Shown here piece after piece: positions 23,301 to 37,600 of a DNA stretch of 64,000 nucleotides (position 1 is its first letter; each line of letters opens with the position of its first letter). The notes beneath the pieces are model-generated. The model was given only the letters and a program-made list of their open reading frames with translations, was not told the DNA's origin and did no database searches. A program made the translations under genes and the position numbers. Source of the DNA: Eledone cirrhosa (taxonomy: Eukaryota); contig OZ024742.1 in NCBI GenBank assembly GCA_964016885.1, positions 164,486,001 to 164,550,000 of the forward strand, read 5' to 3'.

Positions 23301-25479
23301 TTGGAGGCTGGAATTTATCTCCCCTTGGACGGCTAGAAATTACCTCTCCTTGGACGGCTGGAAAATATGTCTCCTTGGACGGCTGGATATTATCTACCCT
23401 TGGACGGCTGGAAATTATCTCCCCTTGGACGGCTGGAAATTATCTCCCCTTGGACGGCTAGATATTACCTCCCCTTGGACGGCTGGAAATTATCTCCCCT
23501 TGATTTTTTTTACAAATTATCTCCCCCTGATTTTTTTTTACGAATTATCTCCCCCTGATTTTTTTTTACAAATTATCTCCGCCTGATTTTTTTTTTAAAT
23601 TATCTCCCCTTGAACGGCTGGAAATTATCTCCCCTTGGACGGCTGGAAATTATCTCCCCTTGGACGGCTAGAAATTACCTCTCCTTGGACGGCTGAAAAT
23701 TATCTCCCCTTGGACGGCTGCAAATTATCTCCCCTTGATTTTTTTAACAAATTATCTTCCCCTGATTTTTTTTTACAAATTATCTCCCCCTGATTTTTTT
23801 TTACAAATTATCTACGCCTAATTTTTTTTACAAATTATCTCCCCCTGATTTTTTTTTACAAATTATCTCCCCCTGATTTTTTTTACAAATTATCTCCCCC
23901 TGATTTTTTTTTACAAATTATCTCCCCCTGATTTTTTTACAAATTATCTCCCCCCTGAATTTTTTTACAATCTCCGCCTGATTTTTTTAAAAATTATCTT
24001 CCCTTGGCTGGCAGGAAATTATCTCCCCTTGGTCGGCTGGAAATTATATCCCCTTGGAAGGATGGAAATTATCTCCCCTTGGACGGCTGGAAATTATCTC
24101 CCCTTGGACGGCTGGAAATTACCTCCCCTTGGACAGCTGGAAATTATCTGCCCTTGATTTTGTTTTTACAAATTATCTCCCCCTGATTTTTTTTACAAAT
24201 TATCTCCACCTGATTTTTTAAAAAATTATCTCTCCTTGATTTTTTTACAAATTATCTCCCCCTGATTTTTTTTACAAATTATCTCCCCCTGATTTTTTTT
24301 TTACAAATTATCTCCCCCTGATTTTTTTACAAATTATCTCCCCCTGATTTTTTTTACAAATTATCTCCGCCTGATTTTTTTTACAAATTATCTCCCCTTG
24401 GCTGGCTGGAAATTATCTCCCCTTGGAGGCTGGAATTTATCTCCCCTTGGACGGCTAGAAATTACCTCTCCTTGGACGGCTGGAAAATATGTCCTTGGAC
24501 GGCTGGATATTATCTACCCTTGGACGGCTGGAAATTATCTCCCCTTGGACGGCTGGAAATTATCTCCCCTTGGAGGCTGGAATTTATCTCCCCTTGGACG
24601 GCTAGAAATTACCTCTCCTTGGACGGCTGGAAAATATGTCCTTGGACGGCTGGATATTACCTCCCCTTGGACGGCTGGAAATTATCTCCCCTTGATTTTT
24701 TTTACAAATTATCTCCCCCTGATTTTTTTTACAAATCTAATGATTTAAAAAAAAAAATTATCTCCCCTTCGCTGGCTGGAAATTATCTCCCCTTCGCTGG
24801 CTGGAAATTATCTCCCCTTGGACGCTGGAAATTATAGCCCCTTGGAGGGCTGGAAATTATCTTCCCTTGGACGGCTGGAAATTATCTCCCCTTGGCTCGA
24901 AATTATCTCCCCTTGGACGGCTAGAAATTATCTCTCTTTGGACGGCTGGAAATTATCTCCCTTTGATTTTTTTTACAAATTATCTCCCCCTGATTTTTTT
25001 TACAAATCTCCCCCTGATTTTTTAAAAAAAATTATCTCCCCTTCGCTGGCTGGAAATTATCTCCCCTTGGACACTGGAAATTATAGCCCCTTGGAGGGCT
25101 GGAAATTATCTTCCCTTGGACGGCTGGAAATTATCTCTGCTTGATTTTTTTTACAAATTATCTCCCCCTGATTTTTTTTTACAAATTATCCCCCCCGATT
25201 TTTTTTACAAATTATCTCCCCCTGATTTTTTTTACAAATTATCTCCCCTTGGACGGCTGGAAATTATCTCCCCTTGGACGGCTGGAAATTATCTCCCCTT
25301 GGACGGCTAGAAATTACCTCTCCTTGGACGACTGAAAATTATCTCCCCTTGGACGGCTGCAAATTATCTCCCCTTGATTTTTTTTACAAATTATCTCCGC
25401 CTGATTTTTTTTTAAAAATTATCTCCCCTTGGACGGCTGGAAATTACCTCCCCTTGGACGGCTGGAAATTATCTCCCCT

Positions 25480-28400
25480 TGGACGGCTAGAAATTACCTC
25501 TCATTGGACGGCTGAAAATTATCTCCCCTTGGACGGCTGGAAATTATCTCCCCTTGATTTTTTTTACAAATTATCTCCCCCTGATTTTTTTTTACAAATT
25601 ATCTCCCCCTGATTTTTTTTTTACAAATTATCTCCGCCTGATTTTTTTTTAAAATTATCTCTCCTTGGACGGCTGGATATTATCTCCCCTTTCATTTTTT
25701 TTACAAATTATCTCCCCCTGATTTTTTTTTACAAATTATCTCCCCCTGATTTTTTTTTTACAAATTATCTACCCCTAATTTTTTTTTACAAATTATCTCC
25801 CCCTGATTTTTTTTACAAATTATCTCCCCCTGATTTTTTTTTTACAAATTATCTCCCCCTGATTTTTTTACAAATTATCTCCCCCTGATTTTTTTTACAA
25901 ATTATCTCCGCCTGATTTTTTTAAATATTATCTTCTCTTGGCTGGCGGGAAATTATCTCCCCTTGGACGGCTGAAAATTATCTCCCCTTGGACGGCTGGA
26001 AATTATCTCCCCTTGATTTTTTTTACAAATTATCTCCCCCTGATTTTTTTTTACAAATTATCTCCCCCTGATTTTTTTTACAAATTATCTCCCCCTGATT
26101 TTTTTTTACAAATTATCTCCCCCTGATTTTTTTTACAAATTATCTCCCCCTGATTTTTTTACAAATTATCTCCCCTTGGCTGGCTGGAAATTATCTCCCC
26201 TTGGAGGCTGGAATTTATCTCCCCTTGGACGGCTAGAAATTACCTCTCCTTGGACGGCTGGAAAATATGTCCTTGGACGGCTGGATATTATCTACCCTTG
26301 GACGGCTGGAAATTATCTCCCCTTGGACGGCTGGAAATTATCTCCCCTTGGACGGCTAGATATTACCTCCCCTTGGACGGCTGGAAATTATCTCCCCTTG
26401 ATTTTTTTTACAAATTATCCCCCCCTGATTTTTTTTTACAAATTATCTCCCCCTGATTTTTTTTTACAAATTATCTACCCCTGATTTTTTTTTACAAATT
26501 ATCTCCCCCTAATTTTTTTTACAAATTATCTCTCCCTGATTTTTTTTTACAAATTATCTCCCCCTGATTTTTTTTTACAAATTATCTACCCCTGATTTTT
26601 TTTTACAAATTATCTCCCCCTGATTTTTTTTACAAATTATCTCCCCCTGATTTTTTTACAAATTATCTCCCCCCGATTTTTTTTACAAATTATCTCCGCC
26701 TAATTTTTTTAAATATTATCTTCCCTTGGCTGGCGGGAAATTATCTCCCCTTGGACGGCTGAAAATTATCTCCCCTTGGACGGCTGGAAATTATCTCCCC
26801 TTGATTTTTTTACAAATTATCTCCCCCTGATTATTTTTTACAAATTATCTCCCCCTGATTTTTTTTTACAAATTATCTCCCTCTGATTTTTTTTACAAAT
26901 TATCTCCCCTTGGCTGGCTGGAAATTATCTCCCCTTGGAGGCTGGAATTTATCTCCACTTGGACGGTTAGAAATTACCTCTCCTTGGACTGCTGGAAAAT
27001 ATGTCTCCTTGGACGGCTGGAAATTATCTCCCCTTGGACGGCTGGAAATTATCTCCCCTTGGACGGCTGGAAATTATCTCTCCTCGGACGACTAGAAATT
27101 ACCTCTCCTTGGACAGCTGAAAATTATCTCCCCTTGGACGGCTGGAAATTATCTCCCCTTGATTTTTTTTACAAATTATCTCCCCCCGATTTTTTTTTAC
27201 AAATTATCTCCCCCTGATTTTTTTTTACAAATTATCTCCCCCTGATTTTTTTTACAAATTATCTCCCCCTGATATTTTTTACAAATTATCTCCCCCTGAT
27301 TTTTTTACAAATTATCTCCCCTTGGCTGGCTGGAAATTATCTCCCCTTGGAGGCTGGAATTTATCTCCCCTTGGACGGCTAGAAATTACCTCGCCTTGGA
27401 CGGCTGGAAAATATGTCTCCTTGGACGGCTGGAAATTATCTCCCCTTGGACGGCTGGAAATTATCTCCCCTTGGACGGCTGGAAATTATCTCCCCTTGGA
27501 CGGCTAGATATTACCTCCCCTTGGACGGCTGGAAATTATCTCCCCTTGATTTTTTTTACAAATTATCTCCCCCTGATTTTTTTTTTAAATTATCTCCCCT
27601 TGAACGGCTGGAAATTATCTCCCCTTGGACGGCTGGAAATTATCTCCCCTTGGACGGCTAGAAATTACCTCTCCTTGGACGGCTGAAAATTATCTCCCCT
27701 TGGACGGCTGCAAATTATCTCCCCTTGATTTTTTAACAAATTATCTCCCCCTGATTTTTTTTTACAAATTATCTCCCCCTGATTTTTTTTTACAAATTAT
27801 CTACGCCTAATTTTTTTTACAAATTATCTCCCCCTGATTTTTTTTTACAAATTATCTCCCCCTGATTTTTTTTACAAATTATCTCCCCCTGATTTTTTTT
27901 TACAAATTATTTCCCCCTGATTTTTTTACAAATTATCTCCCCCCTGATTTTTTTTACAATCTCCGCCTGATTTTTTTAAAAATTATCTTGCCTTGGCTGG
28001 CGGGAAATTATCTCCCCTTGGACGGCTGGAAATTATATCCCCTTGGACGGCTGGAAATTACCTCCCCTTGGACAGCTGGAAATTATCTGCCCTTGATTTT
28101 GTTTTTACAAATTATCTCCCCCTGATTTTTTTTACAAATTATCTCCACCTGATTTTTTAAAAAATTATCTCCGCTTGGACGGCTGGAAATTATCTCCCCT
28201 TGATTTTTTTACAAATTATCTCCCCCTGATTTTTTTTAAAAATTATCTCCCCCTGATTTTTTTTTACAAATTATCTGCCCCTGATTTTTTTACAAATTAT
28301 CTCCCCCTGATTTTTTTTACAAATTATCTCCGCCTGATTTTTTTAAATATTATCTTCCCTTGGCTGGCGGGAAATTATCTCCCCTTGGACGGCTGATAAT

Positions 28401-31400
28401 TATCTCCCCTTGGCCGGCTGGAAATTATCTCCCCTTGATTTTTTTTACAAATTATCTCCCCCTGATTTTTTTTTACAAATTATCTCCCCCTGATTTTTTT
28501 TACAAATTATCTCCGCCTGATTTTTTTAAATATTATCTTCCCTTGGCTGGCTGGAAATTATCTCCCCTTGGAGGCTGGAATTTATCTCCCCTTGGACGGC
28601 TAGAAATTACCTCTCCTTGGACGGCTGGAAAATATTTCTCCTTGGACGGCTGGATATTATCTACCCTTGGACGGGTGGAAATTATCTCCCCTTGGACGGC
28701 TGGAAATTATCTCCCCTTGGACGGCTAGATATTACCTCCCCTTGGACGACTGGAAATTATCTCCCCTTGATTTTTTTTACAAATTATCTCCCCCTGATTT
28801 TTTTTTTACAAATTATCTCCCCCTGATTTTTTTACAAATTATCTCCCCCTGATTTTTTTTACAAATTATCTCCGCCTGATTTTTTTAAATATTATCTTCT
28901 CTTGGCTGGCGGGAAATTATCTCCCCTTGGACGGCTGAAAATTATCTCCCCTTGGACGGCTGGAAATTATCTCCCCTTGGACGGCTAGAAATTACCTCTC
29001 ATTGGACGGCTGAAAATTATCTCCCCTTGGACGGCTGGAAATTATCTCCCCTTGATTTTTTTTACAAATTATCTCCCCCTGATTTTTTTTTACAAATTAT
29101 CTCCCCCTGATTTTTTTTTTACAAATTATCTCCGCCTGATTTTTTTTTTAAATTATCTCTCCTTGGACGGCTGGATATTATCTCCCCTTTCATTTTTTTT
29201 ACAAATTATCTCCCACTGATTTTTTTTTACAAATTATCTCCCCCTGATTTTTTTTTACAAATTATCTACCCCTAATTTTTTTTTACAAATTATCTCCCCC
29301 TGATTTTTTTTACAAATTATCTCCCCCTGATTTTTTTTTTACAAATTATCTCCCCCTGATTTTTTTACAAATTATCTCCCCCTGATTTTTTTTACAAATT
29401 ATCTCCGCCTGATTTTTTTAAATATTATCTTCTCTTGGCTGGCGGGAAATTATCTCCCCTTGGACGGCTGAAAATTATCTCCCCTTGGACGGCTGGAAAT
29501 TATCTCCCCTTGATTTTTTTTACAAATTATCTCCCCCTGATTTTTTTTTACAAATTATCTCCCCCTGATTTTTTTTACAAATTATCTCCCCCTGATTTTT
29601 TTTTACAAATTATCTCCCCCTGATTTTTTTTACAAATTATCTCCCCCTGATTTTTTTACAAATTATCTCCCCTTGGCTGGCTGGAAATTATCTCCCCTTG
29701 GAGGCTGGAATTTATCTCCCCTTGGACGGCTAGAAATTACCTCTCCTTGGACGGCTGGAAAATATGTCCTTGGACGGCTGGATATTATCTACCCTTGGAC
29801 GGCTGGAAATTATCTCCCCTTGGACGGCTGGAAATTATCTCCCCTTGGACGGCTAGATATTACCTCCCCTTGGACGGCTGGAAATTATCTCCCCTTGATT
29901 TTTTTTACAAATTATCCCCCCCTGATTTTTTTTTACAAATTATCTCCCCCTGATTTTTTTTTACAAATTATCTACCCCTGATTTTTTTTTACAAATTATC
30001 TCCCCCTAATTTTTTTTACAAATTATCTCTCCCTGATTTTTTTTTACAAATTATCTCCCCCTGATTTTTTTTTACAAATTATCTACCCCTGATTTTTTTT
30101 TACAAATTATCTCCCCCTGATTTTTTTTACAAATTATCTCCCCCTGATTTTTTTTACAAATTATCTCCCCCTGATTTTTTTACAAATTATCTCCCCCCGA
30201 TTTTTTTTACAAATTATCTCCGCCTAATTTTTTTAAATATTATCATCCCTTGGCTGGCGGGAAATTATCTCCCCTTGGACGGCTGAAAATTATCTCCCCT
30301 TGGACGGCTGGAAATTATCTCCCCTTGATTTTTTTACAAATTATCTCCCCCTGATTATTTTTTACAAATTATCTCCCCCTGATTTTTTTTTACAAATTAT
30401 CTCCCACTGATTTTTTTTACAAATTATCTCCCCTTGGCTGGCTGGAAATTATCTCCCCTTGGAGGCTGGAATTTATCTCCACTTGGACGGTTAGAAATTA
30501 CCTCTCCTTGGACTGCTGGAAAATATGTCTCCTTGGACGGCTGGAAATTATCTCCCCTTGGACGGCTGGAAATTATCTCCCCTTGGACGGCTGGAAATTA
30601 TCTCTCCTCGGACGACTAGAAATTACCTCTCCTTGGACAGCTGAAAATTATCTCCCCTTGGACGGCTGGAAATTATCTCCCCTTGATTTTTTTTACAAAT
30701 TATCTCCCCCCGATTTTTTTTTACAAATTATCTCCCCCTGATTTTTTTTTACAAATTATCTCCCCCTGATTTTTTTTACAAATTATCTCCCCCTGATATT
30801 TTTTACAAATTATCTCCCCCTGATTTTTTTACAAATTATCTCCCCTTGGCTGGCTGGAAATTATCTCCCCTTGGAGGCTGGAATTTATCTCCCCTTGGAC
30901 GGCTAGAAATTACCTCGCCTTGGACGGCTGGAAAATATGTCTCCTTGGACGGCTGGAAATTATCTCCCCTTGGACGGCTGGAAATTATCTCCCCTTGGAC
31001 GGCTGGAAATTATCTCCCCTTGGACGGCTAGATATTACCTCCCCTTGGACGGCTGGAAATTATCTCCCCTTGATTTTTTTTACAAATTATCTCCCCCTGA
31101 TTTTTTTTTAAAATTATCTCCCCTTGAACGGCTGGAAATTATCTCCCCTTGGACGGCTGGAAATTATCTCCCCTTGGACGGCTAGAAATTACCTCTCCTT
31201 GGACGGCTGAAAATTATCTCCCCTTGGACGGCTGCAAATTATCTCCCCTTGATTTTTTAACAAATTATCTCCCCCTGATTTTTTTTTACAAATTATCTCC
31301 CCCTGATTTTTTTTTACAAATTATCTACGCCTAATTTTTTTTACAAATTATCTCCCCCTGATTTTTTTTTACAAATTATCTCCCCCTGATTTTTTTTTAC

Positions 31401-34400
31401 AAATTATTTCCCCCTGATTTTTTTACAAATTATCTCCCCCCTGATTTTTTTTACAATCTCCGCCTGATTTTTTTAAAAATTATCTTGCCTTGGCTGGCGG
31501 GAAATTATCTCCCCTTGGACGGCTGGAAATTATATCCCCTTGGACGGCTGGAAATTACCTCCCCTTGGACAGCTGGAAATTATCTGCCCTTGATTTTGTT
31601 TTTACAAATTATCTCCCCCTGATTTTTTTTACAAATTATCTCCACCTGATTTTTTAAAAAATTATCTCCCCTTGGACGGCTGGAAATTATCTCCCCTTGG
31701 ACGGCTGATAATTATCTCCCCTTGGACGGCTGGAAATTATCTCCCCTTGATTTTTTTTACAAATTATCTCCCCCTGATTTTTTTTTACAAATTATCTCCC
31801 CCTGATTTTTTTTACAAATTATCTCCGCCTGATTTTTTTAAATATTATCTTCCCTTGGCTGGCTGGAAATTATCTCCCCTTGGAGGCTGGAATTTATCTC
31901 CCCTTGGACGGCTAGAAATTACCTCTCCTTGGACGGCTGGAAAATATTTCTCCTTGGACGGTTGGATATTATCTACCCTTGGACGGGTGGAAATTATCTC
32001 CCCTTGGACGGCTGGAAATTATCTCCACTTGGACGGCTAGATATTACCTCCCCTTGGACGACTGGAAATTATCTCCCCTTGATTTTTTTTACAAATTATC
32101 TCCCCCTGATTTTTTTTTTACAAATTATCTCCCCCTGATTTTTTTACAAATTATCTCCCCCTGATTTTTTTTACAAATTATCTCCGCCTGATTTTTTTAA
32201 ATATTATCTTCTCTTGGCTGGCGGGAAATTATCTCCCCTTGGACGGCTGGAAATTATCTCCCCTTGATTTTTTTTACAAATTATCTCCCCCTGATTTTTT
32301 TTTAAAAATTATCTCCCCCTGATTTTTTTTTACAAATTATCTCCCCCTGATTTTTTTTTACAAATTATCTCCCCCTGATTTTTTTTACAAATTATCTCCC
32401 CCTGATTTTTTTACAAATTATCTCCCCTTGGCTGGCTGGAAATTATCTCCCCTTGGACACTGTAAATTATAGCCCCTTGGAGGGCTGGAAATTATCTTAC
32501 CTTGGACGGCTGGAAATTATCTCTGCTTGATTTTTTTTACAAATTATCTCCCCCTGATTTTTTTTTACAAATTATCCCCCCCGATTTTTTTTACAAATTA
32601 TCTCCCCCTGATTTTTTTTACAAATTATCTCCCCTTGGACGGCTGGAAATTATCTCCCCTTGGACGGCTGGAAATTATCTCTCCTTGGACGGCTAGAAAT
32701 TACCTCTCCTTGGACGACTGAAAATTATCTCCCCTTGGACGGCTGCAAATTATCTCCCCTTGATTTCTTTTACAAATTATCTCCGCCTGATTTTTTTTTT
32801 TAAATTATCTCCCCTTGGACGGCTGGAAATTACCTCCCCTTGGACGGCTGGAAATTATCTCCCCTTGGACGGCTAGAAATTACCTCTCATTGGACGGCTG
32901 AAAATTATCTCCCCTTGGACGGCTGGAAATTATCTCCCCTTGATTTTTTTTACAAATTATCTCCCCCTGATTTTTTTTTTACAAATTATCTCCGCCTGAT
33001 TTTTTTTTAAAATTATCTCTCCTTGGACGGCTGGATATTATCTCCCCTTTCATTTTTTTTACAAATTATCTCCCCCTGATTTTTTTTTACAAATTATCTC
33101 CCCCTGATTTTTTTTTACAAATTATCTACCCCTAATTTTTTTTTACAAATTATCTCCCCCTGATTTTTTTTACAAATTATCTCCCCCTGATTTTTTTTTT
33201 ACAAATTATCTCCCCCTGATTTTTTTACAAATTATCTCCCCCTGATTTTTTTTACAAATTATCTCCGCCTGATTTTTTTAAATATTATCTTCTCTTGGCT
33301 GGCGGGAAATTATCTCCCCTTGGACGGCTGAAAATTATCTCCCCTTGGACGGCTGGAAATTATCTCCCCTTGATTTTTTTTACAAATTATCTCCCCCTGA
33401 TTTTTTTTTACAAATTATCTCCCCCTGATTTTTTTTTACAAATTATCTCCCCCTGATTTTTTTTTACAAATTATCTCCCCCTGATTTTTTTTACAAATTA
33501 TCTCCCCCTGATTTTTTTACAAATTATCTCCCCTTGGCTGGCTGGAAATTATCTCCCCTTGGAGGCTGGAATTTATCTCCCCTTGGACGGCTAGAAATTA
33601 CCTCTCCTTGGACGGCTGGAAAATATGTCCTTGGACGGCTGGATATTATCTACCCTTGGACGGCTGGAAATTATCTCCCCTTGATTTTTTTTACAAATTA
33701 TCTCCCCCTGATTTTTTTTTACAAATTATCTCCGCCTGATTTTTTTTTACAAATTATCTCCCCCTAATTTTTTTTACAAATTATCTCTCCCTGATCTTTT
33801 TTTACAAATTATCTCCCCCTGATTTTTTTTTACCAATTATCTACCCCTGATTTTTTTTTACAAATTATCTCCCCCTTATTTTTTTTACAAATTATCTCCC
33901 CCTGATTTTTTTTACAAATTATCTCCCCCTGATTTTTTTACAAATTATCTCCCCCCGATTTTTTTTACAAATTATATCCGCCTAATTTTTTAAATATTAT
34001 CTATCCTTGGCTGGCGGGAAATTATCTCCCCTTGGACGGCTGAAAATTTTCTCCCCTTGGACGGCTGGAAATTATCTCCCCTTGATTTTTTTACAAATTA
34101 TCTCCCCCTGATTATTTTTTACAAATTATCTCCCCCTGATTTTTTTTTACAAATTATCTCCCTCTGATTTTTTTTACAAATTATCTCCCCTTGGCTGGCT
34201 GGAAATTATCTCCCCTTGGAGGCTGGAATTTATCTCCCCTTGGACGGTTAGAAATTACCTCTCCTTGGACTGCTGGAAAATATGTCTCCTTGGACGGCTG
34301 GAAATTATCTCCCCTTGGACGGCTGGAAATTATCTCCCCTTGGACGGCTGGAAATTATCTCTCCTCGGACGACTAGAAATTACCTCTCCTTGGACAGCTG

Positions 34401-34600
34401 AAAATTATCTCCCCTTGGACGGCTGGAAATTATCTCCCCTTGATTTTTTTTACAAATTATCTCCCCCTGATTTAGTTTACAAATTATCTCCCCCTGATTT
34501 TTTTTTACAAATTATCTCCCCCTGATTTTTTTTACAAATTATCTCCCCCTGATATTTTTTACAAATTATCTCCCCCTGATTTTTTTACAAATTATCTCCC
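25480..34600 (+). repeat. Variant ~3.5-kb HOR family, about 2.5 copies (starting ~25480, ~28980, ~32870)
   Basis: Offsets 3497 (25938/29435, 26176/29673) and 3524 (26910/30434, 27625/31149). Diagnostic GATATTATCTCCCCTTTCATT at ~25680, ~29175, ~33035, and GGACTGCTGG at ~26986, ~30510, ~34267. Confidence 0.85.
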
Positions 34601-37600
34601 CTTGGCTGGCTGGAAATTATCTACCCTTGGAGGCTGGAATTTATCTCCCCTTGGACGGCTAGAAATTACCTCGCCTTGGACGGCTGGAAAATATGTCTCC
34701 TTGGACGGCTGGAAATTATCTCCCCTTGGACGGCTGGAAATTATCTCCCCTTGGAAGGCTGGAAATTATCTCCCCTTGGACGGCTAGATATTACCTCCCC
34801 TTGGACGGCTGGAAATTATCTCCCCTTGATTTTTTTTACAAATTATCTCCCCCTGATTTTTTTTTACAAATTATCTCCCCCTGATTTTTTTTTACGAAGT
34901 ATCTCCCCCTGATTTTTTTTTACAAATTATCTCCGCCTGATTTTTTTTTAAAAATTATCTCCCCTTGAACGGCTGGAAATTATCTCCCCTTGGACGGCTG
35001 GAAATTATCTCCCCTTGGACGGCTAGAAATTACCTCTCCTTGGACGGCTGAAAATTATCTCCCATTGGACGGCTGCAAATTATCTCCCCTTGATTTTTTA
35101 ACAAATTATCTCCCCCTGATTTTTTTTTACAAATTATCTCCCCCTGATTTTTTTTTACAAATTATCTACGCCTAATTTTTTTTACAAATTATCTCCCCCT
35201 GATTTTTTTTTACAAATTATCTCCCCCTGATTTTTTTTACAAATTATCTCCCCCTGATTTTTTTTTACAAATTATTTCCCCCTGATTTTTTTACAAATTA
35301 TCTCCCCCCTGATTTTTTTTACAATCTCCGCCTGATTTTTTTAAAAATTATCTTCCCTTGGCTGGCGGGAAATTATCTCCCCTTGGACGGCTGGAAATTA
35401 TATCCCCTTGGAAGGATGGAAATTATCTCCCCTTGGACGGCTGGAAATTATCTCCCCTTGGACGGCTGGAAATTATCTCCCCTTGGACAGCTGGAAATTA
35501 TCTGTCCTTGATTTTGTTTTTACAAATTATCTCCCCCTGATTTTTTTTACAAATTATCTCCACCTGATTTTTTAAAAAATTATCTCCCCTTGGACGGCTG
35601 GAAATTATCTCCCCTTGATTTTTTTTACAAATTATCTCCCCCTGATTTTTTTTTACAAATTATCTCCCCCTGATTTTTTTTTACAAATTATCTCCCCCTG
35701 ATTTTTTTTTACAAATTATCTCACCCTGATTTTTTTTACAAATTATCTCTCCCTGATTTTTTTACAAATTATCTCCCCTTGGCTGGCTGGAAATTATCTC
35801 CCCTTGGAGGCTGGAATTTATCTCCCCTTGGACGGCTAGAAATTACCTCTCCTTGGACGGCTGGAAAATATGTCTCCTTGGACGGCTGGATATTATCTAC
35901 CCTTGGACGGCTGGAAATTATCTCCCCTTGGACGGCTGGAAATTATCTCCTCTTGGACGGCTAGATATTACCTCCCCTTGGACGGCTGGAAATTATCTCC
36001 CCTTGATTTTTTTACAAATTATCTCCCCCTGATTTTTTTACAAATTATCTCCCCCTGATTTTTTTTACAAATTATCTCCGCCTAATTTTTTTAAATATTA
36101 TCTTCCCTTGGCTGGCGGGAAATTATCTCCCCTTGGACGGCTGAAAATTATCTCCCCTTGGACGGCTGGAAATTATCTCCCCTTGATTTTTTTTACAAAT
36201 TATCTCCCCCTGATTTTTTTTTACAAATTATCTCCCCCTGATTTTTTTTACAAATTATCTCCCCCTGATTTTTTTACAAATTATCTCCCCTTGGCTGGCT
36301 GGAAATTATCTCCCCTTGGAGGCTGGAATTTATCTCCCCTTGGACGGCTAGAAATTACCTCTCCTTGGAAGGCTGGAAAATATGTCCTTGGACGGCTGGA
36401 TATTATCTACCCTTGGACGGCTGGAAATTATCTCCCCTTGGACGGCTGGAAATTATCTCCCCTTGGACGGCTAGATATTACCTCCCCTTGGACGGCTGAA
36501 AATTATCTCCCCTTGGACGGCTGGAAATTATCTCCCCTTGATTTTTTTTTACAAATTATCTCCCCCTGATTATTTTTTACAAATTATTCCCTGATTTTTT
36601 TTTTACAAATTATCTCCCCCTGATTTTTTTTACAAATTATCTCCCCCTGATTTTTTTACAAATTATCTCCCCTTGGCTGGCTGGAAATTATCTCCCATTG
36701 GAGGCTGGAATTTATCTCCCCTTGGACGGTTAGAAATTACCTCCCCTTGGACGGCTGGAAAATATGTCTCCTTGGACGGCTGGAAATTATCGCGCCTTGG
36801 ACGGCTGGAAATTATCTCCCCTTGGACGGCTGGAAATTATCTCTCATCGGACGGCTAGAAATTACCTCTCCTTGGACAGCTGAAAATTATCTCCCCTTGG
36901 ACGGCTGGAAATTATCTCCCCTTGATTTTTTTTACAAATTATCTCCCCCTGATTTTTTTTTACAAATTATCTCCCCCTGATTTTTTTTTACAAATTATCT
37001 CCCCCTGATTTTTTTTTACAAATTATCTCCCCCTGATATTTTTTACAAATTATCTCCCCCTGATTTTTTTACAAATTATCTCCCCTTGGCTGGCTGGAAA
37101 TTATCTCCCCTTGGAGGCTGGAATTTATCTCCCCTTGGACGGCTAGAAATTACCTCGCCTTGGACGGCTGGAAAATATGTCTCCTTGGACGGCTGGAAAT
37201 TATCTCCCCTTGGACGGCTGGAAATTATCTCCCCTTGGACAGCTGGAAATTATCTCCCCTTGGACGGCTAGATATTACCTCCCCTTGGACGGCTGGAAAT
37301 TATCTCCCCTTGATTTTTTTTACAAATTATCTCCCCCTGATTTTTTTTTACAAATTATCTCCCCCTGATTTTTTTTTACGAATTATCTCCCCCCGATTTT
37401 TTTTTACAAATTATCTCCGCCTGATTTTTTTTAAAAAATTATCTCCCCTTGAACGGCTGGAAATTATCTCCCCTTGGACGGCTGGAAATTATCTCCCCTT
37501 GGACGGCTAGAAATTACCTCTCCTTGGACGGCTGAAAATTATCTCTCCTTGGACGGCTGCAAATTATCTCCCCTTGATTTTTTAACAAATTATCTCCCCC

